DNA from: an uncultured delta proteobacterium
Lineage (GTDB): Bacteria; Myxococcota_A; Polyangia; Haliangiales; Haliangiaceae
Reading direction: 5' to 3'
Assembly: GCA_963848295.1 (NCBI GenBank)
Contig: CAWKDB010000011.1
Span: forward strand, 224,001-288,000
Length of the DNA: 64,000 nt
Part shown: positions 34,776-46,639 of the stretch, one piece after another
How positions within the stretch are numbered: position 1 is the stretch's first letter
How the letters are laid out: the number at the start of each line of letters is the position of its first letter
The notes under the pieces: model-generated
What the model was told of the DNA's origin: nothing
The model's input: the letters and a program-made list of their open reading frames with translations, nothing else
Database searches by the model: none
Position numbers and translations under genes: made by a program

Positions 34776-35963
34776 ATGTCTAGGCTAACTATCGGCGTCG
34801 TGCTGGCGGTGTCGCTCGCGAGCCACGTCGTTCTCGCAGAATCGCAGGCCGAGATCGCGGCGAGAGAGAACGATGAGGGCAAGGAGCTGATGTTCGCGAC
34901 CAAGTACCCGGACGCCAGCGCGAAGTTCCGCGACGCGGTCGCTCGCGTCCCCGAGGCGGGTTACTTCTTCAACCTGTGCACGTCGCTCTACCAAGAGGGC
35001 AAGTTCGGCGAGGCGCTGACCGCGTGTAACTCCGCGGTCCAGAACAACGCCGACGAAAAGCTCAAGGACAAGACCGCGAAGCTGGTCCAGAAGATCAAGG
35101 ACACCGCCGCGGCACAGCACGTCGATCTGCAACCGGCCGGCGGCGGCGGCGGCGACCCTAACGTCGGCACGCCGGACCCCAACACCGGCAACCCGACGAC
35201 CGGCACGCCGGATCCCAACACCGGCAACCCGACCGGTACGCCGGGTCCCAACACCGGCAACCCGACGACCGGCACGCCGGTCACCGGCGCGGCGGCTGGC
35301 GCGTACGGCGTGGGTCGGCCTCCGGAAGGATCGGTGATCGCGGCCGGCCCGCCGGAGCACGCGTACACCTGGACGCTCGGCTTCGACCTCCTCGGCGGCG
35401 TCGGTCAGATCGGCGCGAAGAACTTCTACGGCCAGATCGCCGGCGGCTTCCGGATCAAGGGCGACTACATGCTGATCCCCGCCGCGAAGCTCGGCGGCGA
35501 GCTCTACCTCCAGTACCAGCACCTCGCCGCGAGCAACCAGCAGGTGGTTCAGCAGGGCGGCGCCTATGACCTCGACGTGATCGACGTCGGCGTCGCGGCG
35601 TACAAGCACCTCTGTCTGCCCAGTGTACAGCGGCTGTGCCTGACCCCGCTCGTCGGCGCGCAGCTGGCGCTGCTCAGCCCGGCGGACTCGACCGACAGCA
35701 CCGGCAGCCAGGTGTTCAACTACGCCGCGATCGGTGGCCGCGCTCAGATCACCGCGGACATCGCGTTCGGCCGGCACTACGAGCACGTGTTCTCCGCCGG
35801 CCTAGGCGTCAACGTGTATTCCGCGTCGCTGTCGAGCCCGAGCGACGCTAGCGCGATGTCGGTGGGCCTCGACCAGCCCGGTGCGATCGCGTTCCTGTCG
35901 CTGGGCTACACGTATCGGTTCAATACGCCGCTCGGCCGGGCCCCGTTCATCATTCTCGAATAG
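34776..35963 (+). CDS. Secreted TPR protein with Pro/Thr linker and C-terminal beta-barrel-like domain
   Basis: GGAGG RBS, signal peptide, TPR-like helices, amphipathic strands ending LSLGYTYRF. Confidence 0.7.
   Translation: MSRLTIGVVLAVSLASHVVLAESQAEIAARENDEGKELMFATKYPDASAKFRDAVARVPEAGYFFNLCTSLYQEGKFGEALTACNSAVQNNADEKLKDKTAKLVQKIKDTAAAQHVDLQPAGGGGGDPNVGTPDPNTGNPTTGTPDPNTGNPTGTPGPNTGNPTTGTPVTGAAAGAYGVGRPPEGSVIAAGPPEHAYTWTLGFDLLGGVGQIGAKNFYGQIAGGFRIKGDYMLIPAAKLGGELYLQYQHLAASNQQVVQQGGAYDLDVIDVGVAAYKHLCLPSVQRLCLTPLVGAQLALLSPADSTDSTGSQVFNYAAIGGRAQITADIAFGRHYEHVFSAGLGVNVYSASLSSPSDASAMSVGLDQPGAIAFLSLGYTYRFNTPLGRAPFIILE
35166..35280 (+). repeat. Coding tandem repeat (36/33/36 bp) encoding GTPDPNTGNPT(T)
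   Basis: Three near-identical units of ggcacgccggaYcccaacaccggcaacccgac(gac)c plus a partial fourth. Confidence 0.9.
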
Positions 35964-36051
35964 CCGCGCCGCGCAAAGATCTCGCGCGCGGACTCGGGTA
36001 TCGTCTTTACGCGTTGCAGCAAGTGCAGCGCGTACGACGGGAGTACACGCC

Positions 36052-37342
<1,291 letters not shown>

Positions 37343-37345
37343 AGC

Positions 37346-37951
37346 TCACTTGGCCGCGTGGCACGGCCCCGGCGGCTTCACGTTCTCGGCGTACTCGCCA
37401 TCGACGTTTCCCGCCGGGTCGTACTCGCACACGTAGATCTCGTTGCCGTTGCACTGCGAGTGGCCACACCCGACGTGGGTCGTCGCGCGCCACACGAGCT
37501 GCGTGAAGTGGCCGGTCTTCATCGAGAACCCGCCGTTCGGAAAGCGATAGAGCTTTTCCTCGTCGGCCCACATCGCGACGCTGCTCGCTTCATCGAGCGC
37601 TCCGAATGTTCCAGCCGCCAGGTTCTCACCAGTACCGCCATTGCTGTGTTGAAAGATGCACCCTGCATGCGCGAGGTGGTCGGCCCACTGCTTCGCCCGC
37701 GCGGTCAGCGGTTTCGACCACCTCAGCGGTGGGGCGCAGTGGGCTTCGCGCACGCGATTGTGCGCGTCGAGGAACTGTTGTTGCGAACTATCGAGCTGTT
37801 GTGGCGCCGGATCGGACGTCGGGTGCGATTGCGGGGGCGGAAGCGGTCCACCAGCATGCGGCGAGGATGCGGCGGGCGCCGGTTCAGTCGCCGGATAAAT
37901 CGGGCCACACGCGACCACCAGCGCAAGCGCCAGTCCTAGTTTCACACCCAT
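37346..37951 (-). CDS. CAP/SCP (PR-1-like) domain lipoprotein
   Basis: Lipobox VVAC; HNRVR, GENLA, GHFTQLVW, VCEYDPAGN. Confidence 0.9.
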   Translation of the reverse strand: MGVKLGLALALVVACGPIYPATEPAPAASSPHAGGPLPPPQSHPTSDPAPQQLDSSQQQFLDAHNRVREAHCAPPLRWSKPLTARAKQWADHLAHAGCIFQHSNGGTGENLAAGTFGALDEASSVAMWADEEKLYRFPNGGFSMKTGHFTQLVWRATTHVGCGHSQCNGNEIYVCEYDPAGNVDGEYAENVKPPGPCHAAK

Positions 37952-38011
37952 CGGGTCAAGGGTAGCGCACCGCTTGCAACTCGCGCGGCTGCGAGCCAAA
38001 GTCTGCCACTC

Positions 38012-38428
38012 ATGCGCCCCACCGTCGCCGAACCGTTGTCGCTTGCGGTGACCGAAGGGATTCGCGTCCGGGTCGCGTCGCTGTACCTGCCGGACCAGTC
38101 GTCGCCGCGTGACGACCGTTACGTCTTCGCCTACACGATCACGATCTCGAACGAGAGCGCGCGCACCGCGCAGCTCCGCACCCGGCACTGGGTGATCACC
38201 GATGGCCGCGGCGTGATCGAAGAGGTGCGCGGCGACGGCGTGGTCGGCGAGCAACCGCGGCTGCAGCCTGGCCAGACGTTCCAGTACACCTCGGGCTGCG
38301 TGTTGACGACGCCGATCGGCACGATGCATGGGACCTATCGGATGTGGCGCGACGACGGGACGTTCTTCGACGCCGAGATCGCGACGTTTTCGCTCGCGTC
38401 TCCGGCGCGGACGGACGATCTCAACTAA
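38012..38428 (+). CDS. apaG: ApaG protein
   Basis: YVFAYTITI.N, QL.TRHW.ITD, VRGDGVVGEQP, YTSG. Confidence 0.95.
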   Translation: MRPTVAEPLSLAVTEGIRVRVASLYLPDQSSPRDDRYVFAYTITISNESARTAQLRTRHWVITDGRGVIEEVRGDGVVGEQPRLQPGQTFQYTSGCVLTTPIGTMHGTYRMWRDDGTFFDAEIATFSLASPARTDDLN

Positions 38429-38526
38429 GCCGCCGTTTACGAGGCCGAATCGGGCGGTTGCCGCCCCCGACATGTAGGCAACAATTTCGCCAAGCCTTGG
38501 CGTAGGCTGTGCGTCTATATCCCGAG

Positions 38527-39186
38527 ATGACGAACGCTGAGCGCGAAGCATCGACCGCGACCGCCCTGGTGGCGGCGGCGAAGGCCGGCGACCAGCGGTC
38601 GTTCGAAGCGCTCGTTCGCCGCTATCGCAAGCGGATCTACGCGCTCGCGCTGCACATCACCGGCTCGGCCAGCGAGGCGGACGACATCGCGCAAGAAGTG
38701 TTCTTGAAGGCGTTCCGCGCCCTCGCTCAGTTTGAAGGCCGCAGCCAGTTCTTCACTTGGGTGTATCGGATGACCGTGAATCGGTCGCTCAACTCGCGCC
38801 GCGATTCGGCGCGCCGCGGCGAAGGCTCGCTCGATGATCCTCGGCTCGAGCTCGCCGTCGCGGTCGATGCGCGGGGCAACCCGGGCCTCGAAGCCGAGCT
38901 GCGCCAGACCTACTCTCGCCTGCTGCGCGCGCTCGACTCGTTGCCCGGCGACATGCGGACGACCGTGATCCTCGTCGCGTTGCAGGGGCTGTCGCACGGT
39001 GAAGCCGGGGTCGTGCAGAAGGTCAGCGAAGGCACGATCGGCTGGCGCATGCACGAAGCGCGAAAGCGGCTGCATGCAGCGATGGAGCCGGAGCGGCTGC
39101 ACCGCAAGCGCGGCCAGCTGTCCGCCGAGCTCGCGCGCGTGCTGACCGAGCACGGCTTGCCGCTGCTCGATCCTGCGAAAGCTTGA
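38527..39186 (+). CDS. ECF-subfamily RNA polymerase sigma factor
   Basis: Region 2 (ADDIAQEVFLKA, FFTWVYR) and region 4 (GLSHGE..GTI). Confidence 0.9.
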   Translation: MTNAEREASTATALVAAAKAGDQRSFEALVRRYRKRIYALALHITGSASEADDIAQEVFLKAFRALAQFEGRSQFFTWVYRMTVNRSLNSRRDSARRGEGSLDDPRLELAVAVDARGNPGLEAELRQTYSRLLRALDSLPGDMRTTVILVALQGLSHGEAGVVQKVSEGTIGWRMHEARKRLHAAMEPERLHRKRGQLSAELARVLTEHGLPLLDPAKA

Positions 39187-39202
39187 CGTAGCGCGCCCGC
39201 AC

Positions 39203-39862
39203 TCACCCCATCGGCTCGTTGGGACCGCCGCGCTCGACCGCGCGCAGGTACGCCGGCCGGGCGTGGACGCGCGCGACCCAGGCGGCGATCCGCTCCGGCG
39301 CGTTCGGCGTCCGCGCCGCGAGCGCCTCCATCGGGTACAACATCTGGACGTCCGCGCCGGTCGGCTCCTCGCCCGCAAACCACGCGGACTTCGCGAGCTC
39401 GCCGTCGACGAACGCGGCGTGGCGCTCGAGGTTTGGCGTGATCGCGATGGTCTCGACCTTCGACGCGATCCCCTTCGCGATCGGCCGCACTGGCCACGGC
39501 GCCTTGCGCACCCGGCCGAACACCAGCGCGAGCAAGAGATACGGCATCAGCGAGCCTTCGGCGTAATGCAGGAAGTAGCGGTAGCGCATGAGCTCGGGCG
39601 TCCCGGGCGCGGGTCTCCACTTGCCGGCGCCGTAGGTTTCGACGAGGTACTCGATGATCGCGCCGCTCTCCGCGATCGTCTTGCCGTCGTCGGTGACGAC
39701 CGGCGACTTGCCGAGCGGATGAATCGCCTCGAGGCTCTTCGGCGCGAGCATCGTCTTGGGATCGCGCTCGTACTTCGCGAGCTCGTACGGCACGCCGAGC
39801 TCTTCGAGGAGCCACAGCACGCGTTGCGAGCGCGAGTTGTTGAGGTGGTGGACGGTGAGCAT
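39203..39862 (-). CDS. Glutathione S-transferase
   Basis: HHLNNSRSQRVLWLLEELG, HPLGKSP, ESGAI. Confidence 0.93.
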   Translation of the reverse strand: MLTVHHLNNSRSQRVLWLLEELGVPYELAKYERDPKTMLAPKSLEAIHPLGKSPVVTDDGKTIAESGAIIEYLVETYGAGKWRPAPGTPELMRYRYFLHYAEGSLMPYLLLALVFGRVRKAPWPVRPIAKGIASKVETIAITPNLERHAAFVDGELAKSAWFAGEEPTGADVQMLYPMEALAARTPNAPERIAAWVARVHARPAYLRAVERGGPNEPMG

Positions 39863-39920
39863 GCCGCAACTGTCGCACGTCCTCTTGCGCCCGCATGCGC
39901 GGCCCGCCAGGATGCGGCGT

Positions 39921-40373
39921 ATGCCAGGCAAGACGCCGACGCGATCGCCGACACACGAGGACATCGACCTCGGCCGACTCGCGTCGATGGGGCTCGAGGT
40001 CGAGGAGCTCGGCGATGGCGAGACCGTCGTCTTGGCCGCGATGGTCGAGCTCGCCGAAGATCGCGGTCGGCCGACGAGCCACTACCTCGCGGCGATTCCG
40101 CTCGCGACCGAGCTCCGGCTCGCCGCGCCGGCGACAGCCACGATGACGATCAAGGTGTGCGCCGGGACGTGCCAGCGCTGGGGTGCGCTCGACCTGCTCG
40201 ATCATCTCGCGACCCGCGCCGCGACCGACACGCGGTTCGCGATCGCGCCGGTGACGTGCCTGGATCGCTGCGATCAAGCCCCGGCGTGCGAAGTCCACGG
40301 CGCGCACGGCCAGCTCGTGGTCGCGCCGGCGACCGTGGCTGCGCTCGACGAAGCGTTGGCGGCGCTCGGGTAA
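39921..40373 (+). CDS. Thioredoxin-like [2Fe-2S] ferredoxin (NuoE-like) protein
   Basis: C-x4-C (CAGTC) ... C-x3-C (CLDRC..AP) motifs. Start could be 39912. Confidence 0.75.
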   Translation: MPGKTPTRSPTHEDIDLGRLASMGLEVEELGDGETVVLAAMVELAEDRGRPTSHYLAAIPLATELRLAAPATATMTIKVCAGTCQRWGALDLLDHLATRAATDTRFAIAPVTCLDRCDQAPACEVHGAHGQLVVAPATVAALDEALAALG

Positions 40374-40387
40374 CGCGGTCGCGGCGG

Positions 40388-41839
40388 CTACGGGCACGTG
40401 ACGAGCACGCGTTCGGGAATCGTGTTCGAGGTCGTCGTCGTGTCGCCGACCTCGCCGAACTGATTGTCGCCCCAGCACCACAGCGAGCCGTCACGGGTCA
40501 GCGCGCACGCGTGAAACTTGCCGACGGCCATCTGAGTGACCCCGGTCAGGTACGTCGGCGTCGGCGTCGTGACGTCGACCGGATCGGTGCTCCCGATGCC
40601 GGCCTCACCGCTGCCGTTCGCGCCCCAGCACTGCAGGTCGCCGTTCGACCCGGTCAGACACACCGTGTCGGCGGTCGGCCCGCCGAACAGCCCGGTCGCG
40701 CTCGTCAAGCTCACCGGCGTCTCGCTGTTGCTCGAGTCGTTACCGGCGAGGCCGAAGATCCCGTCGGCGCCGTTGCCCCAGCACCAGACGTCGTCGGGTT
40801 GGGCCAGGACACATCCGGTCTCGTCGTCGGTGACGAGCTGCGAGACATCCCCGAACCCGGCGATCGCCACCGGCGTGATGCTCTGAGCCGTGCCGCCGGT
40901 CGCGAGCTCGCCGAGTTGGTTGCCGCCCCAGCACCACGCGCTGAGGTCGTCCTTGGCGAGACAGCTGAAGTCGTCGCCGACCTCGACGTCCAACACGTGG
41001 TTCGTGAAGTCCGGGCTCGAGCCGGTGATGATCAACGGGCCAGGGACATTCGGCAGCATCGTGAAGTCTTGTCCGGCTTGACCGCCTTGGCCGCCGGTCG
41101 TGTTCTCGCCCCAGCAGTAGACGTCGCCGTCGGCGCCAATCGCGCACGTGTGCTCGCCGCCCGCGGACAGCGTCTTGGCGACGTTGCCGCTCGGCAGCAT
41201 CGCGACGAATGGCGCTGCGGGGATCGCACACGCCGGCGTCGCGCCCGCGGTCCACGCCGGGACTTGCAGCGCCCGCGTGCTCTTCGTTATCGTGCCGGCG
41301 CATTGGCCCAGGTTCGACGCGTCGTTGATGCCCCAGCAGTACACCGTGCCATCGCTGATCAGCGCGCACGCGTGCTGCTCGGCCGCGGTGACCGAGATCG
41401 CGGGCAGGCTCGTCGGATCGGGCAGGCCGAGTACCCGGGCCGGCACCAGCCGCATCGTCGTCGTGCCATCGCCGAGCTCGCCGTCGGCGTTGTTACCCCA
41501 ACACCACACGGTGCCGTCGCTGCGCACGAAGCACGAGAACTGGACACCGACCGCGATCGACGACACGCAGCTGGTCGCGCCCGCGCCGACACACGAGTTG
41601 GCGAGTCCGGCGCCGGCGCTCGAGTCGTAGCGCTCGTTCGAATCGGTGCAGCTCGAGTCCGGGAAGCTGCAGTACTCGCTCGCCTCGCAGATCCCCTGCG
41701 TGCCGTCGCTGTCGATGCACTGCGCGTTCGACAAGCACAGGTAGCCCGGCGCGCTGTCACAGCCGCAAGCCGCGGCGAGCGCGACCAGCGCCGCTAGCAT
41801 CCGCGATGTCGAGGCTCGGTCCACGATACTCCTGTTCAT
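40388..41839 (-). CDS. RCC1/BLIP-II repeat lipoprotein
   Basis: Repeated H.C.....G.V.CWG.N..G.LG units, Cys-rich N-terminus, lipobox-like AAAC. Confidence 0.88.
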   Translation of the reverse strand: MNRSIVDRASTSRMLAALVALAAACGCDSAPGYLCLSNAQCIDSDGTQGICEASEYCSFPDSSCTDSNERYDSSAGAGLANSCVGAGATSCVSSIAVGVQFSCFVRSDGTVWCWGNNADGELGDGTTTMRLVPARVLGLPDPTSLPAISVTAAEQHACALISDGTVYCWGINDASNLGQCAGTITKSTRALQVPAWTAGATPACAIPAAPFVAMLPSGNVAKTLSAGGEHTCAIGADGDVYCWGENTTGGQGGQAGQDFTMLPNVPGPLIITGSSPDFTNHVLDVEVGDDFSCLAKDDLSAWCWGGNQLGELATGGTAQSITPVAIAGFGDVSQLVTDDETGCVLAQPDDVWCWGNGADGIFGLAGNDSSNSETPVSLTSATGLFGGPTADTVCLTGSNGDLQCWGANGSGEAGIGSTDPVDVTTPTPTYLTGVTQMAVGKFHACALTRDGSLWCWGDNQFGEVGDTTTTSNTIPERVLVTCP

Positions 41840-42630
41840 TAGAATCGCCGGCTGAGCGCGACCGCGAAGCCGCCGCGCGTGGGCGTCACGTCGATCGCGG
41901 CGTGCTCGGAGCGCGCGTGATGGCCGGCAACGGCGTAGTGCACGATCGCGCCGACGAGCAGCAGCGCACCGCCACCGGCGGTGATGAGGCCGATCGCCTG
42001 ATCGGTCTGGCCGGTGTGCAGCCGCGACTTGTATTGCGCGGTGGTGGCAGCCGACGTCGAATCGTCGACCTTGGAGTTGCCCTCGTAGAACACGACGGCA
42101 CCGACCGCGACCGCAGCGATCGCGCCGCCGAGCAAGATGTCACCGACCCGATCGTCAGTCCAGCTAGGCCCGGGTCGCGGTTTCGCCGGTACGATCGTGC
42201 GTACACGCTTGTCGTCGACCGGCGGCGGCGCGGTCTTCGCGGCGGTGGCCTCGGCCTTGGCCTTGGCCTGGTCGACCTTTGCCTCGCACTCTTTGGCCAG
42301 CGCCTGCACCGCCTCGATCTGCTTCGGTGTCGCCTCGCGCATGAACGCGTGAAACGACATCAGCGCGCCGGCGCAATCACCGCTCAGGCGCTGCGCCTGA
42401 CCGAGCGCGAACACGTACTCCTGCTTCGGCTCGCCTTCGTACGCGGCCTTGAGCTCGCGGATCGCGGTCGGCCAGTCCTGGACGTTGTAGGCGACCATCG
42501 CGCGGTCGTAGTGATCCTTCGCGGTGGCCGCGACGTCCCCGCCCGGCGCCGGCCCGTCGGCGTGCGAACGGGTCGCGGCTGCACCGACGAGCACGGACGC
42601 GAATCCGAAGACAAGGACCTTGCTGCTCAT
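41839..42630 (-). CDS. Secreted TPR protein with C-terminal hydrophobic hairpin and beta-strand
   Basis: Signal peptide, TPR (FALGQAQRLSGDC), two Gly-rich hydrophobic helices, ends GGFAVALSRRF. Confidence 0.75.
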   Translation of the reverse strand: MSSKVLVFGFASVLVGAAATRSHADGPAPGGDVAATAKDHYDRAMVAYNVQDWPTAIRELKAAYEGEPKQEYVFALGQAQRLSGDCAGALMSFHAFMREATPKQIEAVQALAKECEAKVDQAKAKAEATAAKTAPPPVDDKRVRTIVPAKPRPGPSWTDDRVGDILLGGAIAAVAVGAVVFYEGNSKVDDSTSAATTAQYKSRLHTGQTDQAIGLITAGGGALLLVGAIVHYAVAGHHARSEHAAIDVTPTRGGFAVALSRRF

Positions 42631-42640
42631 GAGGACTGCT

Positions 42641-44452
42641 TTACTGCGGCGGCGGAAGCGGGGAATCGGGAGTCCACGCCGGCGCGGGCTTGGCCGCAGC
42701 GGTGGGCGGTGCGGTGGTCGACGGTTGCGCCGCGGCGGCCGCGGCCGGCTTTTCCAGGTGCGTAGAGGTCGCGGCCGGCTTTTCCGTGTGCGCCTTTGCC
42801 GCCACGCCGCGCGCGCCAACGCGGATCCGCCCGGATACGGCCGGTGCGGCAGCGACCGCGGTGGGCCGCGCGACCGGCGCGGGTTCCGCCGACGGCGAGC
42901 CCGCGATCGGCGGTGGCAGCGAGACCGCGGACGGGTTCGTCGGCATCGCTTGCGCGATCGCCAGGAGCTTCAGACCGTCTGGATCCTGCGGCATGCGATC
43001 GAGCATGTTGCCGACGAGCGCGATCGCGCCGGCGCGATCACCCGCGTCGATCGCGGCCCGCGCTTTGACCTTGAACGATCCGGCCGCGACTTGATCGGCG
43101 AGTTGCGTCAAGCGAATGTCGAGCGCGGCGTCGTCGATCTGATAGGCGCGCGCCTTCGCGAGCATGCCGGCGGCGTCGTCCCAGCGCTGCGCGCCGATCA
43201 GCCGTTCGGTCTCGGCCGCGTAGCGCTCGGCGTTGGCCCGCGCCGCGGTCATCGGGGGCGGTGCAGCCGCCGGCTTGGGCGGCTGCGGAATCACGCGCGG
43301 CGCCGAGCTATGCGAGCCGCGGACGAGCACCGTCGCGACCAGAGCAAGCACCGCGATGCCGCCCACTGCGAACCACTTGCGGGTGCCACCGCGGCGCCCG
43401 GTCACGATGTCGATCCGTCGTGCGGTGCCACTCGGCGCCACCGCCGAAATCCGGCGAGATGACCGCGCAGGCGACCGGTTGCTGCGCGAAGACCCAGAAC
43501 CATGGCTGTCGGCATAGGTGTCTCCGCTTCCGTCGAGTTCGTTGTGGTCGGGAAAGAGCTCGTGCAGCCACGCCGAGACCGCCTTCGCCGACGACGGGAA
43601 TGGCCCGTTCGCGAACGCGGTCAACTGCTCGTGAATTTCGGCGGCGCTCGGACGGCGTGTCGGGTCGGGCTCCATCGCCGCGAGGATGATGCCCTCGAGC
43701 ACGACCGGGAACGAGTTGTCGACCTCGCTCGGCTTGCGGAACTGGCCGGCCGCGCGCGCCGCGAATAGCTCGCCTTCGGTGTCACCGCGAAACGGGCGAA
43801 ATCCGACGGTCGCTTCGTAGAGACAGACGCCGAGCGCGTAGACGTCGGCGCGATGGTCGACCGGCTGCGCCCGCAATTGCTCGGGCGCCATGTACGCGAC
43901 CTTGCCCTTGATCGATCCGGCGCCGGTCAGCGACGCATTGCCGACGGCCTTCGCGACGCCGAAGTCGAACACCTTCGCGACGCCATCGAGCGAGATCAGG
44001 ATGTTGTGCGGGCTGATGTCGCGATGAACGATGCCGAGCTTGTGGCCCTGCGCGTCGCACGCGTTGTGCGCGTAGTCGAGACCGGCCGCGACCCCAGCGA
44101 GCAGGAGCGCGAAGTGCGCGTGCGGGCGGGTGCGCCGAGCCTCGAGCCGATGCAGCACGTTCGACAGCGTCGGGCCGCGCACGTATTCCATCGCGATGTA
44201 CGGCAGGCCCTCGGCGGCGTCGATCTCGAAGATCTGAACAAGGTTCGCGTGGTTGAGCGCCGACGCCACCCGGGCCTCGTCGAGGAACATGTCGACGAAC
44301 CCGCGATCGCTGATGTCGGGCCGGATCCGTTTGATCACGACCGGCTTATCGAACCCGCCGATCCCGCGCAGCCGCGCCAGGAAGACCTCGGCCATCCCGC
44401 CCACGCCGAGCTTGCGGACGACCTGGTATTTCCCCAGCGTTTGGTCGCTCAT
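42641..44452 (-). CDS. Membrane Hanks-type Ser/Thr protein kinase
   Basis: LGVGGMAEV, HRDISPHN, DFG, YMAPE; TM helix, periplasmic helical domain, Pro-rich tail. Confidence 0.95.
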   Translation of the reverse strand: MSDQTLGKYQVVRKLGVGGMAEVFLARLRGIGGFDKPVVIKRIRPDISDRGFVDMFLDEARVASALNHANLVQIFEIDAAEGLPYIAMEYVRGPTLSNVLHRLEARRTRPHAHFALLLAGVAAGLDYAHNACDAQGHKLGIVHRDISPHNILISLDGVAKVFDFGVAKAVGNASLTGAGSIKGKVAYMAPEQLRAQPVDHRADVYALGVCLYEATVGFRPFRGDTEGELFAARAAGQFRKPSEVDNSFPVVLEGIILAAMEPDPTRRPSAAEIHEQLTAFANGPFPSSAKAVSAWLHELFPDHNELDGSGDTYADSHGSGSSRSNRSPARSSRRISAVAPSGTARRIDIVTGRRGGTRKWFAVGGIAVLALVATVLVRGSHSSAPRVIPQPPKPAAAPPPMTAARANAERYAAETERLIGAQRWDDAAGMLAKARAYQIDDAALDIRLTQLADQVAAGSFKVKARAAIDAGDRAGAIALVGNMLDRMPQDPDGLKLLAIAQAMPTNPSAVSLPPPIAGSPSAEPAPVARPTAVAAAPAVSGRIRVGARGVAAKAHTEKPAATSTHLEKPAAAAAAQPSTTAPPTAAAKPAPAWTPDSPLPPPQ

Positions 44453-44585
44453 AGCCCCAGCCGCGATCTTAACACGGCCCCCCGGCGGTGTTCCGCGCGG
44501 ATTCGTTCGATGTTCGATGTCGCATGCGTGTCGCGGCAGGCCGCATCTGGTCGGGATTCGCGGCGCGCGCTAGCTTGGTGACGCA

Positions 44586-45292
<707 letters not shown>

Positions 45293-45296
<4 letters not shown>

Positions 45297-46639
45297 TCCG
45301 CCGGCTGGTCGCGGCGGTGGTGCGCACGCTCGTGAGGCTGCGGCCGCGTCACCTGATCGCATTCGTCGAAGGCTTGTGGCTGTTCGTCGTGTCGCTGTTC
45401 TCGGTCGATCGCTGGATGGAGGTGTTCGACACGATCAAGCGCAACAAGCTGCGGACCGCGCTCACCGCGATCAGCGTCGCGTGGGGCATCTTCGTGATGG
45501 TCGTGTTGCTCGGTCTCGGCAACGGGTTCGACAAGGGCCTGCGCTACGGCTTCCGCCGCGAGGCGACGAACGGGATCTGGATCGCGGCGAACAAGACGTC
45601 GGTGCCGTTCGCGGGCTACGGCGTCGGTCGCAAGCTCGTGTTCGACAATCGCGACTTCGATCGGGCGAAGACTGTCCCGGGCGTCGAGCACATCTCGGGT
45701 CAGTTCTACATGTCCGGCGGCCAATTCGGCGGCGGCGAGATGCAGACCAAGCGCGGGATCAAGGCGAACACGTTCCAGATCAACGCGGTCCACCCCGGCT
45801 CGTTCTATCTCAGCGGCATCGCGATCGACGGCGGGCGATTTCTCGACGACGCCGACGTCTTGCACAAGCGCAAGTCCGCCGTGATCGGCCGGCCGGTGCG
45901 CGACTTCCTGTTCGGCACCGAAGACCCGATCGGCCAATGGATCGACATCGCGAACGTGCCGTTTCAAGTCGTCGGGGTGTTCTCGATGGAGGGCAGCGAA
46001 GAGCAGGAGCGCGCGATCTACATCCCGGTGTCGACCGCGCAGCTCGCGTACAACGGCTCGGGTCACCTCGGGATGATCGAGCTGACCGTCGGCAACGCGA
46101 CGCCCGAACAAGCGAAGGCGATCAGCAAGGCGATCGTCGGCCAGCTCGCCGAACACCACAACTTCTCACCCGACGATCCGCAAGCCGCTCGCGTCCACGA
46201 CAACATCGAGGGCTTCCAGCGGTTCACGAATCTGTTCCTGATGATCTCGATCTTCGTCGTGCTGATCGGGTGCGGCACGCTCGCGGCCGGCGTCGTCGGC
46301 GTCTCGAACATCATGATGATCGCGGTCAAGGAACGCACGAAGGAGATCGGCGTGCGCAAGGCACTCGGCGCGACTCCGATCTCGATCATCGTCATGATCA
46401 CGCAGGAGGCGGTGTTCCTGACCGCGATCGCCGGCCTGCTCGGGCTCGGCGCCGGCGTCGGCATGCTCGAGTTGCTCGACAAGGCCCACGTCAGCGACAT
46501 GTTGCGCGACCCCGCGATCGATCTTCGCGTCGGCATCGCCGCGACGCTCGGCCTGATCGCCGCCGGTGCGCTCGCCGGTCACTTCCCTGCTCGCGCCGCG
46601 GCGCGGGTCAATCCGATCCACGCCTTGCGAGATCAATAG
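45293..46639 (+). CDS. ABC transporter permease (MacB/FtsX-like)
   Basis: NKLRTALT, GRFL, NIMMIAVKERTKEIGVRKALGA, PIHALR; GTGA overlap. Confidence 0.9.

Noticed and set aside
35166..35280. 33-36 bp repeats as a CRISPR array
   Set aside because: Contiguous in-frame tandem repeats without spacers, encoding a Pro/Thr linker.
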